This document shows, one piece after another, positions 12,353 through 24,484 of a DNA stretch of 64,000 nt. Under the pieces are notes generated by a model. The model saw only the letters and a list, made by a program, of their open reading frames with translations. It ran no database searches and had not been told where the DNA came from. The first letter of the stretch is position 1. The number at the start of each line of letters is the position of its first letter. The stretch covers positions 24,719,935-24,783,934 of the forward strand of contig NW_026136706.1 of NCBI RefSeq assembly GCF_905237075.1. The letters run 5' to 3'. The stretch is from Dicentrarchus labrax. Lineage: Eukaryota. The translations under genes were made by a program, and so were the position numbers.

Positions 12353-14399
12353 TAGGAGTTTAAAGACCGACAGGTTAGTATGTGAAAGATAACACGACCA
12401 CGTTCGTGCCCTTAAATAAGTAAAATTAGTAGGCTATGGTTTATTTTGTGAGAAGTCACTATTTTGCACCACCGTAGTTTAACGAGGCTATCTAGAGAAA
12501 TAGTAGGCTAACTATGGGCATTATCCTCATGGCTAACCAATAGCCTGCCTACGGCTAATTCAACATCTCTGAAAACGCAACTTTCACAGATAATGTTAAT
12601 AATTTGCAAGCTGCTAAAATAAAGCATACAAAACATCAGCTAAAATAATCTATAGGCTATATGATTATAATCAGAGCATGTGCATGTTTGTCAGTGATTT
12701 ATTTCTATTGGGTTATTACAGCATTGAAAGAGCACAGACCTACGCAAAGGAGGAGTATTTGTGAAACGCCTTGTAAGAAATTATGGACTCAAATATAAAG
12801 TTAACCATCAAAGAAATCAGACGTTGAAGTACAGGAAACATTAGCCTATATTAATCCATATATCACAGCTTAAATAACATTAGGTTAACTCATTATTTCC
12901 TATTATTAATTATGGTAATGTTATGGTTAAGTAAATGTTAGCAGTTATCACTATAACCACTGCATATAGAGATGCTAAGTTAGTCACAAGTTATTGTTAC
13001 TATCACACATAAACTATTTAGGTCCTCTGTTATGACAAATGTATCACCATCATATTTTAAATATTTCCATTTTCTTCTGCTACAGAAGTCTGGAGCCACG
13101 GGCTCAATGGCGAGTTTTCTCCTCTGAAAGGAAAGGTTGCGCAACTGACAGAATAAGTTACAATATCTGAGATACTGCTGCTAAATTTTATTTGCTTTTT
13201 TTCAAAGTTCAGAATAAAGATATAGTTATGTTTTCTCTTATGGTTCTTATGATAACCGAGATAATGCTGCTAAATTTATAATTTTTTTACCTTGAATGTT
13301 GAATGTTCATTGCTCTAATTTATTTTTTATATTTTGATATTTCATATTTTGTTCAAATGTTTAATATATCTGCTGTTCATATGTTCATTCATTAAAATCT
13401 TGTCCCGGTTTTAAAATAAAGCACAGCAATGATATTTGAGAGTGTTTCTCCCTTTTCAGGAAAAGTATCGAAAACAATAATTTTGGTATCGTGACAACAC
13501 TTATCACATGTCAACAACAGTTCATGAACACAGAAAGACCTGCACACAAGAACATAATAAATTAAGAAACCGCTGTTTTTTTATAGTAGGACTTGAAACT
13601 ACTGAAACACACATACTGTTCATTAGTGAAGCAGTGTTATCATTTTGATCACTAAGATAAACTCAGTGCATCCCTCGGTCCACTCAACATATTTCCTCTT
13701 AAAAGCATGAAAGCAACAAGAAATGATAATACTGATCTGAGAAAATGAGCTGCAGAGTTTTGAGCTTTAAAATATTCTTTTGAGGATCGTGCCAAAGCAA
13801 CTAAGAAATACTGAAACCCTATCAGTGCTGACAGTGTCTGAATTTTTTTTCGTTGTCTTGCTTGAACCAAAGTTTAGTTGCCAGGCTTTTAATAGCCTTA
13901 CATCAAACTTACTTCTGTTGCCAGGTGTCATTTGTAAGTAGAAAAATGAGCAGCATTATATAAGGTTTCCCCAAAACATCCTTTCCTTATGCAGAGTAGT
14001 TGCGTAAGACCAGAATTTAAGATTGGGCATTAACAGAAAGAAAACTGCTTTATCACTTTGAATGTAATTTTATTTTAGCTCACCAGTACTGCCAACTAAA
14101 GGAAGCACTTTTAAATTAATTTAAATTTAAATTGCACAATTATTTTTAAATTGAGTATACCAGCAGTCAGAACAGTCTAGCATTGTGGACATTGGTTTAA
14201 GTTTTTCTGTCGTATAAACATTACCAGTGTGAGCATTTTCACAAATGTAAAGCTCGCTCTCAGACGCTTCCTAAGAAATAACATATTTTGACTTCCTGTT
14301 TCAAGTGAGATAACAGGCGATTATCTCAGAAATTGTTTTTAGCAACTTTGAGGTGTAACTTCCTTTACTTAAAAGAAAACTGAACCCAGCTTCAGTTTT

Positions 14400-14472
14400 A
14401 TCATTAATGTGTGAAGAGTAGCTTGTGCTGCAGAGCTGACCCACAGCAGAACATTTGGCACTCTTATGAGCG
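14400..14472 (+). promoter_or_regulatory. Conserved promoter-proximal/5' UTR block upstream of the lectin ATG, containing TGCTGCAGAGCTGAC at 14426..14440
   Basis: The same 15-mer sits about 30-40 bp upstream of the ATG in all five lectin 5' modules: 52897-52911 (+) and, as reverse complement, near 1100, 36355 and 58975. Confidence 0.4.
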
Positions 14473-14542
14473 ATGGAGGAAATCTATGAGAATGATAAAT
14501 ATGACGACTGTGCTGACTTAAGAGCATCAAAGAATCAGAGAG
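14473..14542 (+). CDS. C-type lectin receptor gene 2, exon 1: cytoplasmic tail MEEIYENDKYDDCADLRASKNQR
   Basis: ATG at 14473, 70 nt, gtaag donor at 14543. Confidence 0.8.
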
Positions 14543-14662
14543 GTAAGAATAATGATTCATACAGAGAGGCTGACAGACTGAGCTCTGCAGAAATGTGTAT
14601 TATTACCTGTCATTAATGCTGTTGTATCATTTACTGTATTCACTGGTCTTTTCTGTGTTCAG

Positions 14663-14764
14663 GTCCCAGGAGCTCAGAGAGGAGATTTCATGGATCTGTG
14701 GTTCTCTGTCTGGGTCTGCTCACTGTTCTCCTGCTGGTTGGACTCATCCGTCTCGGTGTCCACT
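14663..14764 (+). CDS. Gene 2, exon 2: transmembrane signal-anchor GPRSSERRFHGSVVLCLGLLTVLLLVGLIRLGVH
   Basis: cag acceptor at 14660-62, gtgagt donor at 14765, 102 nt, phase 1 at both ends. Confidence 0.8.
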
Positions 14765-15097
14765 GTGAGTCTTAATAACATTCGGAGGTTAAACTATCTT
14801 GCCTCAATTTTCTCATTTACATTATGTTACTTTGAAGCAGTTGTCTTGTCAGTATTTTGTGAATGCACACAGAAAAAATCAAACCCAAAAAGCCAAATCA
14901 ATCATTTGAAATGTCTCATTACATTTTGGTGCCATGCTCAAATTGAGTTTTGTGATTTTATCATCATTCCAGCATTTATCCAGTATCAACTAATTTCCTT
15001 TTTTAACAGGAGTATCATTTTTAAGACACAACAGCAGTGGCATGTTGTATCTGACAGCTATCTGGTGTTTCAGAGAAGTGTCTGTTGTTTATTTCAG

Positions 15098-15268
15098 ACC
15101 ATGTCTCCGCTCAGCGTTCAGCTGCAGAACTCTCCTCTATCAAAGCCAACCTGACTGAGCGTCTTCAGGCCAGAGACAACAAGTCCTGTTCCCTGACTGA
15201 AGAGAGAGACCTGCTGAATGCCAGAATCACTGAAATGACTCAAGAGCTGGAAAGGCTGACTGGTTTGG
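15098..15268 (+). CDS. Gene 2, exon 3: coiled-coil neck YHVSAQRSAAELSSIKANLTERLQARDNKSCSLTEERDLLNARITEMTQELERLTGL
   Basis: tttcag acceptor, gtgagt donor at 15269, heptad-like L/I spacing, 171 nt. Confidence 0.75.
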
Positions 15269-15304
15269 GTGAGTCCTTGTCTATAGAATCTAGATTCACT
15301 TGTT

Positions 15305-15440
15305 GTCTGTCTTAAAAGAGAGGGGTAGGGTAGGATGAGGTGAATGGAAGAAGGGAAAGAAAGGGAGGGTGGGTCCAGAAAACTGAAGCAAAGGAAGGAA
15401 GGAGTTGACCAGGTATAAGAAGGTTGCCAGGTGATAAGGA
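15305..15440. repeat. Purine-rich repeat; second copy at 50600..50770
   Basis: gggtagggtaggatgaggtgaatgga..gaaagaaagggagggtgggtc.agaaaact is shared between the two loci. Confidence 0.6.
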
Positions 15441-15563
15441 GTGGTTGAGGCGTGGCCCTGCACCTGAAAATCACATTCATTTCACTGAAAAAGCTGATAA
15501 CTTCACAAATACATTGACACAAGTCTTGTTGGTCTGTAATGTGTCTGTATGTTTATCTTACAG

Positions 15564-15706
15564 TGAAAACCTGTCCTGAAGGATGGAAGATGTTTAATAA
15601 CACATGTTATCTCCTCTCCAATGAGTCTGGTACCTGGGATAAAGCCAGAGAGGACTGCAGAAACAGAGGAGCAGATCTGGTGGTGATAAACAGCGATGAA
15701 GAGGAG
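15564..15706 (+). CDS. Gene 2, exon 4: CTLD part 1, VKTCPEGWKMFNNTCYLLSNESGTWDKAREDCRNRGADLVVINSDEEE
   Basis: tcttacag acceptor and gtac donor, followed directly by a (GT)n run. Contains the long-form cysteines C0/C0' and C1. Confidence 0.8.
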
Positions 15707-15709
15707 GTA

Positions 15710-15714
<5 letters not shown>

Positions 15715-15760
<46 letters not shown>
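15715..15760. repeat. (GT)n microsatellite in gene 2 intron 4, immediately after the donor
   Basis: About 22 GT units. The same placement is seen in gene B, where (CA)n lies at 31283-31320 on the + strand. Confidence 0.9.
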
Positions 15761-16083
15761 ATATACAAACACTGTTATGTTTTAGTTGTTGTTGGAGATG
15801 GGCTGATGAGATAGGAAAGCTGGTTATGGCAGAGGGAAGTTGGAATGGAGGATGGCAGAGCAGTGTGGCCAAAAAGGGAGAGAGGGTGAGCTGCAGGGAG
15901 ACCAGGATCCTGAGACACAAGGAAACTGAATACTAAACACATGAAGTGAGTTGCCAGTGAGAGTAGCTACCACTGAAGTAAAACAAAACGATGTGGCTGT
16001 GTGTAGAGCTGAGGTTGAAGTAGTGCAAACTGATGAGCTGATGAGAGGCAGGTGAGCTCAGTGGGAGTGCTGATGAGCTATTG

Positions 16084-16084
16084 C

Positions 16085-16125
<41 letters not shown>
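16084..16125. repeat. (CAGA)n microsatellite
   Basis: cagacagacagacagaca... Confidence 0.9.
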
Positions 16126-16126
<1 letters not shown>

Positions 16127-16378
16127 CACTGAGATCACAGGGAAGAATGCACAGATATAACCATGACACACAACGAAAAACCCCACAACAATTATTCTGT
16201 ATCACTGTGGGCAAGATGACAAAAAACATCAAGATGTCTTTCTGGAAACAGATATTACCCATCTATACAGGATTTAATGAAACCTGTTATTTTTTCTTCT
16301 TCTAAGTGATATTTAGAATGATTAGGTTACGATCATTATTGCATAATAACATAATGTGGGTTTCTTTCTGTTGAAAAG

Positions 16379-16482
16379 ACGCTTCTCTCCAAGTTCATAC
16401 CCTACCGTGCTTGGATCGGTTTGACTGACAGAGAGGAGGAAGGGACCTGGAAATGGATAGATGGAACTCCACTGACTCTGAC
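16379..16482 (+). CDS. Gene 2, exon 5: CTLD part 2, TLLSKFIPYRAWIGLTDREEEGTWKWIDGTPLTLT
   Basis: aaaag acceptor, gtaagg donor at 16483, WIGL motif, 104 nt. Confidence 0.75.
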
Positions 16483-17324
16483 GTAAGGCTTCACTTTGGT
16501 TGAATATCAATATTAACTTATACAACTATCATTTTATATTACTATTACTATTATACAGTGATGTCACAGTTTTGGAAGGCACAGACAAATGATTCCATCC
16601 TACTGATAGGGAGTGTTAGAAAATGTGTGTCTCTAGAGGCCATGGACAAAAAATATAATTTGGAGGACTTGTTTCGTACATATACAAAGTGTTGATCGAT
16701 CTATTTATTTATTTTTGACATTTATTTACAAATAAATGACAAAATATGTTATTTGTTCTTCTGGGAAACAAACATCTTTGTTCACTGCAGTCGCTACAGG
16801 GCTTTGTCACTGTGGTGCACTTACTGAAACAACTGACTGTGTTCTCTTTAGCAAACACTTCAGCATACATTTCTCAGTCTTAAAGATGAAGGAGAGATTT
16901 TCCAATCTTTAAGGTGATTTGGACCCACTGTTACAGAAAAATGTGATTTGTCCACGACTGATGGATCTTGGTGAATAACAGTAGTTTAAGGGCTGAGTTC
17001 GCCTGGATCCAGTTCTGATGCTGATTCTCCTATGCTAGTAGTGTGAACAAACCTCCCTGTGTCTCTCTAGCTCCCAGTCCAGGTATATAGCGTTATAAGA
17101 GCTAAAACAAGTTCAATGTTGTTTTGTTTTTCCTGCCACTATCTGACGAATGAAAAGTGGTTCGACTAAGACTTTTCTCAGCGACTAATAGTTTAGTCAA
17201 CTATCAGTGGGCAGTCCTAGTCAGAGATACAACAGTGAAACCTACCAGCACCCAACTGTTTCTGGCTGTGAATGGGGAGTTTTATTGACTATAGTCAGGA
17301 TTTTCTCATTCTCTGACCCACTAG

Positions 17325-17475
17325 GTACTGGGCAAGAAATCAGCCTGATAATGGTGGTGGAAGCTCAAAGTGGGGTGAAGAGGACTGTGCACATATCAGC
17401 ACGGAGGATTTCAATCACTGGAATGATCGGTCCTGTGAAGATTCTGTGCAATGGATCTGTGAAAAAACAGCCTAA
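17325..17475 (+). CDS. Gene 2, exon 6: CTLD part 3, YWARNQPDNGGGSSKWGEEDCAHISTEDFNHWNDRSCEDSVQWICEKTA*
   Basis: ctag acceptor. QPD (galactose-type) and WND calcium/sugar-site motifs are present. TAA stop at 17473-75. Confidence 0.8.
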
Positions 17476-19029
17476 CACTGCTGTATTGGTTATAAGTTCT
17501 ACAATGCAAGCTATGATTATGTAAAGCTTTTTGTTATAAGTGCTTGTGTGTTTGTGTGTGTTTTTGATCATGTTAGGGACTACTGTATGTGTTGCAAGAT
17601 GCACCTATTGATGATGATAAATAATAATAACTCAAGCAGTTTCTTCCTATGACAAAAGTTGCAGGGAAAGAGTGATTTATTTTGTAGAAGTAATCATTTT
17701 GAAACCATAGGGGCAGGGCCACTCTGATACAATCACTGGCTCCCCCTCGCTGGCTCACATATATAGGCATAATCTGCTTCTGATATTTTTCATTGGGTGA
17801 AAAAAAGTGGAACAAGGTGAAAAGTGCACCAGGTCATTGAAAGGTCCCCGATGAGGGGGGTAAAACCACAAGATGGTGGAGAGCGGAGATTGAAACTTTA
17901 GCAGAGAACTTTCCACTACTCACAGTCTTGTCATCTCAATCAGACCACAAGGGTGTTTGAGGATAGTGGGTTTTTGATCTCTGGCACTATTGCAAAACTT
18001 AGACAAGTAGCGGAAACAGTTTTCCCTGAACGATGAGAAAAGGATGTTACACCAACAGGAAACACCTGGACTCAAGCCTAAAACAGTTTTTCACAAAAGA
18101 GTGAATATTGAACAGTGAATATTCTATTCAACATAGAAGCACAAATACTACTAATGCACATCATTGTGAAAAGGTATAGCCACACTTCAGCTAAATCACA
18201 GATATTTGTGTACATCTTTCTGTCACCTCTTATTGAGAGCTATTTCCACTTAAGCTTTGTGGCATCTTTCCCCGTATTTGTTCCCGTTCAAGGTGCCCGT
18301 GTTGACAGCTTCCCATAGTCCAAGCGTGAATGTTACAAACATGGTGAAAGATTAAAGTTACTACAATATTTCTATAACTATTATACAATGTATTGATACA
18401 ATATGTCAGATGAATACTTACTCATAAGGGCTCCAATGAGCATCTGTGCAGATCTCCACTAGCTTCATCTCTGATGTAAGCTTGTCCACATTCTGGATAA
18501 AACCCTCCTCCTTATTATTATTAACAGTAATAATAAAACATTTTATTTTGAGAGCGCTTTTCTAGGAAGACACTTCATACAGGTTAAAAAAAATAAAAAA
18601 AATAAACTTCATAAGTTGTTCATGTTTATGGTGAGGGAATTGGGACAGATGATGATTATGTCAGATTTGTCACAGCTGAGTTTGAAATTAGGGATGGATG
18701 GATTGCATTATAGATGCAATCCAACTTCCTCAGTGAGTCAAAGTGGAGTGGGTTGTGGTGGTGGTGGATTTAGTGGAGATGTAGAGTTGGATGTCACCAG
18801 CATAACAGTGAGAGCGGAGACCATGATGGCATATCAGGTTGCCAAGGGGCAGAATGTACACTATGAACAGGAGAGGACTGAGCACCGAACCCTGGGGTAC
18901 GCCTTGGGACAGGGGAGCAGTGGAAGAGGTGCATCATCAAATTACAGGTATGCTCTCAATTCCACATGTATCAGACGATCACAGGTAGTCGTATCCAATC
19001 CAATCCAATCCAACTTTATTTTTTAAGCA

Positions 19030-19560
19030 CTTTAAAAACAACCAAGTGCTGTACAGGAGAATAAATAAGACATCATAAATGTAAACAGTGATGGTGATGA
19101 TGAAGACCACTGTGAGGAATATAGACAGTGATGGCGATAATACTGGAAAATTCCTGTGGCAGATAATATGGACGAAGTCCGACGGCGACAAGCTCGATGT
19201 CCGGGCTGCAGACACGCTCTTTCACACAGACGTTGCACCACCTGTTGTTTATGAGCACGGACAGTCCCCCTCCTTTCTTCTTGCCGGTCGCAGTGGTGTC
19301 CCTGTCGGGACCGCTCTGCAGCCTCGCCTCCTGGTCGCGGGTGTAAATATTGCGACTCCCGTCGCCATGGAGCCCCGTGCAAACAAAAAATAAAAAGTGC
19401 TCAAAAAAGCCCAAAAAGTATTTAGGCGACGTGAACAAAGTAGTAAGAAAGTAAGAAAACAGTTAAAAAATAGCAAAAAACACACTGAAAACACACTGAA
19501 ACTACAACAATGATAGGAGCTGCCATAACAGGCTGCCGTTGTCGCCGGCGCCATTCCGTG
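19030..19560 (-). mobile_element. LINE 5'/APE-domain fragment, inverted copy of 10850..11650
   Basis: The minus ORF 19073..19438 contains KERVCSPDIELVAVGLRPYYLPQEFSSIIAITVYIPHSG. Confidence 0.6.
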
Positions 19561-19990
19561 GATCACACATCAGCTGACAGCTCAGCTGATTCCCTCAAGC
19601 ATCCAATTGGCGAATATCATTCAGGGCGTCTTATTTAAGATAGCTTGCGTATCTTTGCTGCTTCCTCTACAAGCTGTTTTGCAACCCACCTCCAACCCAG
19701 CTCCTCCTTTTATGTTGTATGTAATTAATCAGTGTAATTTTCTGATTGCCATTGATGCTTGCTCTGTTCTATACCCTGGGGGGTCTCTGCTGCCGCTCTC
19801 CTTGTCTTAAACTTTTCCACGTAGACACATGGAAGGACATGGAGGTGTGCTCTTACTGCCTTAAGGTTTTCCACGTAGGCACGTGGAAAGGCAAGGAGGT
19901 CCCAGAACAGAGCCATACCACCAAATGTAACATTCTGCTTCGGAATAAAAGTTATTTGACAAAAGTGGTCCTGACTGAAATAGGAAACTG
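19560..19990 (+). repeat. Second full copy of the roughly 440-bp dispersed repeat
   Basis: Aligns with 200-650 throughout. Confidence 0.7.
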
Positions 19991-21828
19991 CATTTTATAG
20001 GATGCAGTTCATTTAGCTGAAGAACTGATGTCAGCTCCATTTTATAGGTTAGTGCTACAGTTTGGTAGCTCATTGCTATCAATGAGTAAAATTATGTGGA
20101 TGGATCTCTTAGGCTGTGGTTAATAAGTGTGTACATTCACCATTTCCAGATGTTTACTGTAACGTTTACATTTTACAATCTCTATCACAATCCCACATAA
20201 CAACCCACAACTAAACCATGAGTTATTGGAGGCAGTGCCTGTCAGTGCCTACCTATGTGTTCAATGGAGGGTTTATTATGGTGAAGAAATGGCCAAGTTC
20301 GGTTCATTTAATAGTTTAGTCCTTCATTGTCAGTGTAGTTGGTGAATGTGGGGGCCCACAACATGCCTTCTATAATACCAGTTGAAACAGGAGCACAGCA
20401 CTTCATGCTTTGGAGAGAAAGGCTGCTCTGTTGTGCTGCTTTGATTTAGTCTTGTGCGCACAAATTAATCAAAACGTGGGAACAGATTGTAGCTCACGTG
20501 CACACAATAGCATTTGGAGTGCATGCTGTAGTAAAACGTGGCCACAATATCTATTTTTACTCTCTATTGTCACGCCCGGGCTCTGTATGAATACATAGAA
20601 TGGAAGGCAAACAATAACAATAAAGTTTGTGTGGATGGTAACTGAACTGTAAAGGTTGCTCACCAGGTGGTGATGGATTTACACACAGAAAAAAGAAGGA
20701 AATAATAGCAATAACCTGAGTTTATATATATATTTATCATATAGTTTCCTCTCTATAGACACTGCCGGGCTCCAAAAGCCTGATTAAACCACGGCTGCAG
20801 CTGGAACACAAGACTGAACACAATTAGTTGATCGATTGAAAACGGTTTTAAACATTTGATCAACACAATACAGATGTGAGCTCTAATTAGGAAAATAATA
20901 TTGGATTATTCATCAATAATCATAAAATAATAACAATGACAATAACATTAATGAAGATTTCGTTGTATTTGAGATTTAAGATCTTGAATCTGATTATAGG
21001 TGAAACTGAAATTATCATTAATTGATTGGTTCATGAACAGTATCTACAATATAATATATTTTGATATTATGTAATCAATATCTTTTCTAATAACAGATTA
21101 ATTGTTTGAGGTTATATTGTGGTTCCTTCAAATGTGAGAATTAGTTGTTTTCTTTGTCAGATATGAAACTGAATCATTTTGTAATTTAATGCATTTACAT
21201 TTATACATACTGCAAAAATTATTATTATTATTATTATTATTATATTTCTTACTGTGTGTTCTGTTGACTGTATATTTTAAACAGGCTGTATTCAGTTAGT
21301 CATATCCATTAATATGCACAACAATGGCACTAATGTTCAGCATGAATATAGAGTGATAGCTCCCTGTAATAATCCTGCTGACACACACAATGGATTTGGA
21401 TTCAACAGGAAATGGAGTTTGGATATTTGCTTAAAGTAAAAGCACAGAGGGTCAATGAATTCCTGCTGCTGATGGCAGGATTTCAGTATATATACCGTAT
21501 ACAGGTATTCCATTGAAAATCCACTGAAAGACAACTTTTATTCTGGAGTGTATCCGACCGACATAGAAATAGGAGTTTGGCTATGCCGACAATTAATAAA
21601 AACTGCTCTGACAGACGGAAATGGAAATAAAGAGACAGAACGATTGTCTCCAGTTTACACACATTGTTGTGCAGATGAATGGATATGACTAACTGAATGC
21701 ATCCTTTTTCAAATATACAGTCAGTAGAACTACAGTAATAATGAAAACTGCTTTACATGGAGCCATAAATGTTTTACACAATAACTTTGTTTACATAAAC
21801 ACAGACTAATAATACTACTAATAATAAT

Positions 21829-21878
21829 AAGTAGAAGAAGAAGAAGAAGAAGAAGAAGAAGAAGAAGAAGAAGAAGAA
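21829..21878. repeat. (GAA)n microsatellite
   Basis: gaagaagaagaa... about 16 units. A (TTA)n run lies at 21218-21245. Confidence 0.9.
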
Positions 21879-23874
21879 TGGCAGACCTGAAATCACAAAA
21901 CAGAAGAGAAATTCTTACGTTTGAAGCTGGAACCACAAAATATAATTTTTACCTGAAAAATTACTGAAACAATGAATTTGTTATCAGAATAGATATTGAT
22001 TATATTTCTGTTCATCATTCAATGTATCCGTAACCTGTCACTGATGATCAAATGTTTAAAAAAGTTTTCTATTGATCGACTGATTTCCATTTCAGCTGCG
22101 GCCTGTATAGAGCTACTGGGGTTTTGATCTAATAATAATAACAATCGCTGACAGACAGGAGCTCAACTGTTGACAGTGAAACTCTTCAACTGTGGAACAA
22201 GTGCTCATTTGTTTAAAGTAAATATCTCAGTTAAGAAAACATCTGTGTTGGAGTGCAGACATCTGGAAGTGAGAAAGCAGCTGTTGCAGTGAGGAAACAA
22301 TGGCCTCCTCTGGTTTACAGCGTGAGAAATACCTGCTGACTGTAGGCATCCTCCGTTTGCTGGATGAGCGCTATGGTAAAACACAGTAGAGCTGCTGACT
22401 GACACATGTTTGCTCTATATTATTCTTCAATAGAGTAGCATAACAGATAGTACACTCCATTATAAAGGTTCAGAAATACATAGAGGACTCATTTCATGGT
22501 GTTGGTTGAAAATATTCCCCAGAACAGCATGGGAATATTAAACCTGCATTACACTCCTTATCTCAGTGTAAAATGATTATAGATGATTAATTATACTCAG
22601 AGAGCATGTGACAGGTGACACAAGTCTGAATAATGATGTAGTGATTGAGAAAAACTGGTTACTGAGGGGCTGCAGGGTCGTCGAGTTTAACATTGAAAGT
22701 ATAGGACAAAGATGGCGTGCGGGCCATTATTTAACAAACGCTAAAAGTTGTGTATGTCCTATGCGCCGTGGAGACAACGTCAGATACTGGAGACAGACGT
22801 CTGACGTTTGTGTGTGGATGAGTGAGTCAGCGTGTCTTCATTGTTGATTGAAATCTATCCGGAGGTGTTCAGAGCTTTTGATGTCATTTATTTAGATGCA
22901 TTTGATGTAATATACTAATAAATCCGTCATGTGTTTGTTTTCCTTTTTGTCTGTCTCTATCTGTTTCCAAAAGTGTCCTCATCTGCAGCAGCATCACACA
23001 CACTTTGTTGTCCTTAACATCATCCGGTCTGTCATCACACACAGATCCAAACTGGAATTATATCCAGCTCCAGTGTCACAGCTACATAGCTACATTTGTT
23101 TGTCCTCCTCAGAGCCTTTAAAGCCCTTTAAAGAGAACAATAACATTGCTTTATCTTTTTACTATTTGCCAGGAATCCATCTAAAATCATCAATGCACTT
23201 ATTCTTCTGACTGTACTGTCTGTTTAGTCACATGATGAACATCCTTTATATTTGTGTTCAATTCAGTTCTCTTCAGTTTACAATGTTTGGAGTTTGAACA
23301 CAATGGGAAATGAGGATGGCTCTGCTCTCTCTAACCAGTTGAGCTTGCAGTGCCACAGTAGGGACGTTTGAGGGTTTTGAGTGACAGACTAACACGTTGT
23401 TGTCATACTGTTTTGGTCTTTTCATAGAAGTTGTTGACAGTAAGAAAAAGTAATCTAGTATCCTTTAACATATTGCTTCTAGATTTAAAAACTAAAATGA
23501 TTTATATTTTTCTTCTTTTTCTCCTTCAATAATGAAATTCATTGTTATCAAATAAGCATCAGTGATACTCACAGACACACAGCAGCCATTGGTCAGTATG
23601 ATGGGACTTAAGGTGATGGTTATTTTCTCAGCCTGAAGGCCGTCTGGGGATGTGTGGTTGGCTGTGATAGTTAGAGGGCTGGCTGACACAAGCTGGAACA
23701 GACAACCACATTAATATGACTAATTGTTAGACTAAATATATGATTTATTTTACATTGATATACACAACATCTGTTCTTTGGAGCAGATTTGTTTAAATTC
23801 TAAACAGCTATAAGACCATTTCCAGTAACAGAAGACTGGGTCTTAATATACTGACATCACAGCCACTCAGAGGG

Positions 23875-24130
23875 CTGAATGCTTCAATCTGTTGCATTAG
23901 TTTGGGGCTGATTTCAGCACAAGGCGTTGCAAAGAGTAAGTTAGAAGAAAAGAGTGTAACACAGTTTGGACTAAAGCATACAAATATTTCAGTTTTTCAC
24001 TATATTTTACAATCTTACTTAAAAACCTCTAAACCCACATTCAGATACATTGACACAAACCTGTGAACCAGATCAGTGACTGTACTCACCAGCGTAAACT
24101 GTGGAAAGCATAGTAAGGAAGACTGATTGA
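23875..24130 (+). repeat. Copy of the 9868..10131 repeat family
   Basis: cttcaatctgttgcattagtttggggctgat...cattgacacaaacctgtgaaccagatcagtgactgtactcaccag. Confidence 0.5.
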
Positions 24131-24139
24131 ACTGACTCT

Positions 24140-24300
24140 GTCCGACAGCAGTAAGGAAAAACGTCCTTTTAAGAGTCAGAAACCTAGGACAGACCCTTCG
24201 GCTCTAGGTGGGTGGTCGTCTGCCTCGACCAGTTGGGGTGAGAGAGAGAGAGGGAGAGAGAGAAAGAGAGACAGAGAGAGAGACAGACAGACAGACAGAC
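24140..24300 (+). repeat. Interspersed repeat with a (GA)n(GACA)n tail; same family as 57060..57250
   Basis: Shares cagaaacctaggacag.cccttcggctctaggtgggtgg..gtctg.ctcgaccagttggggtgagagag with 57100-57180. Confidence 0.6.
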
Positions 24301-24484
24301 AGGTGCATAGCAACAACAGTAGAACAACTACACTAATAGTAGTGACTGACAATGACAGTAACCGTAGCTATAATAATACTTATAATAATAATAACAACAC
24401 TAATATCAGTGATATTGGCAATGGCAGTCAAGCAGTACCATGGTAGGAGGCTCCACCAGGATCCATTATATATATGTGTATATA

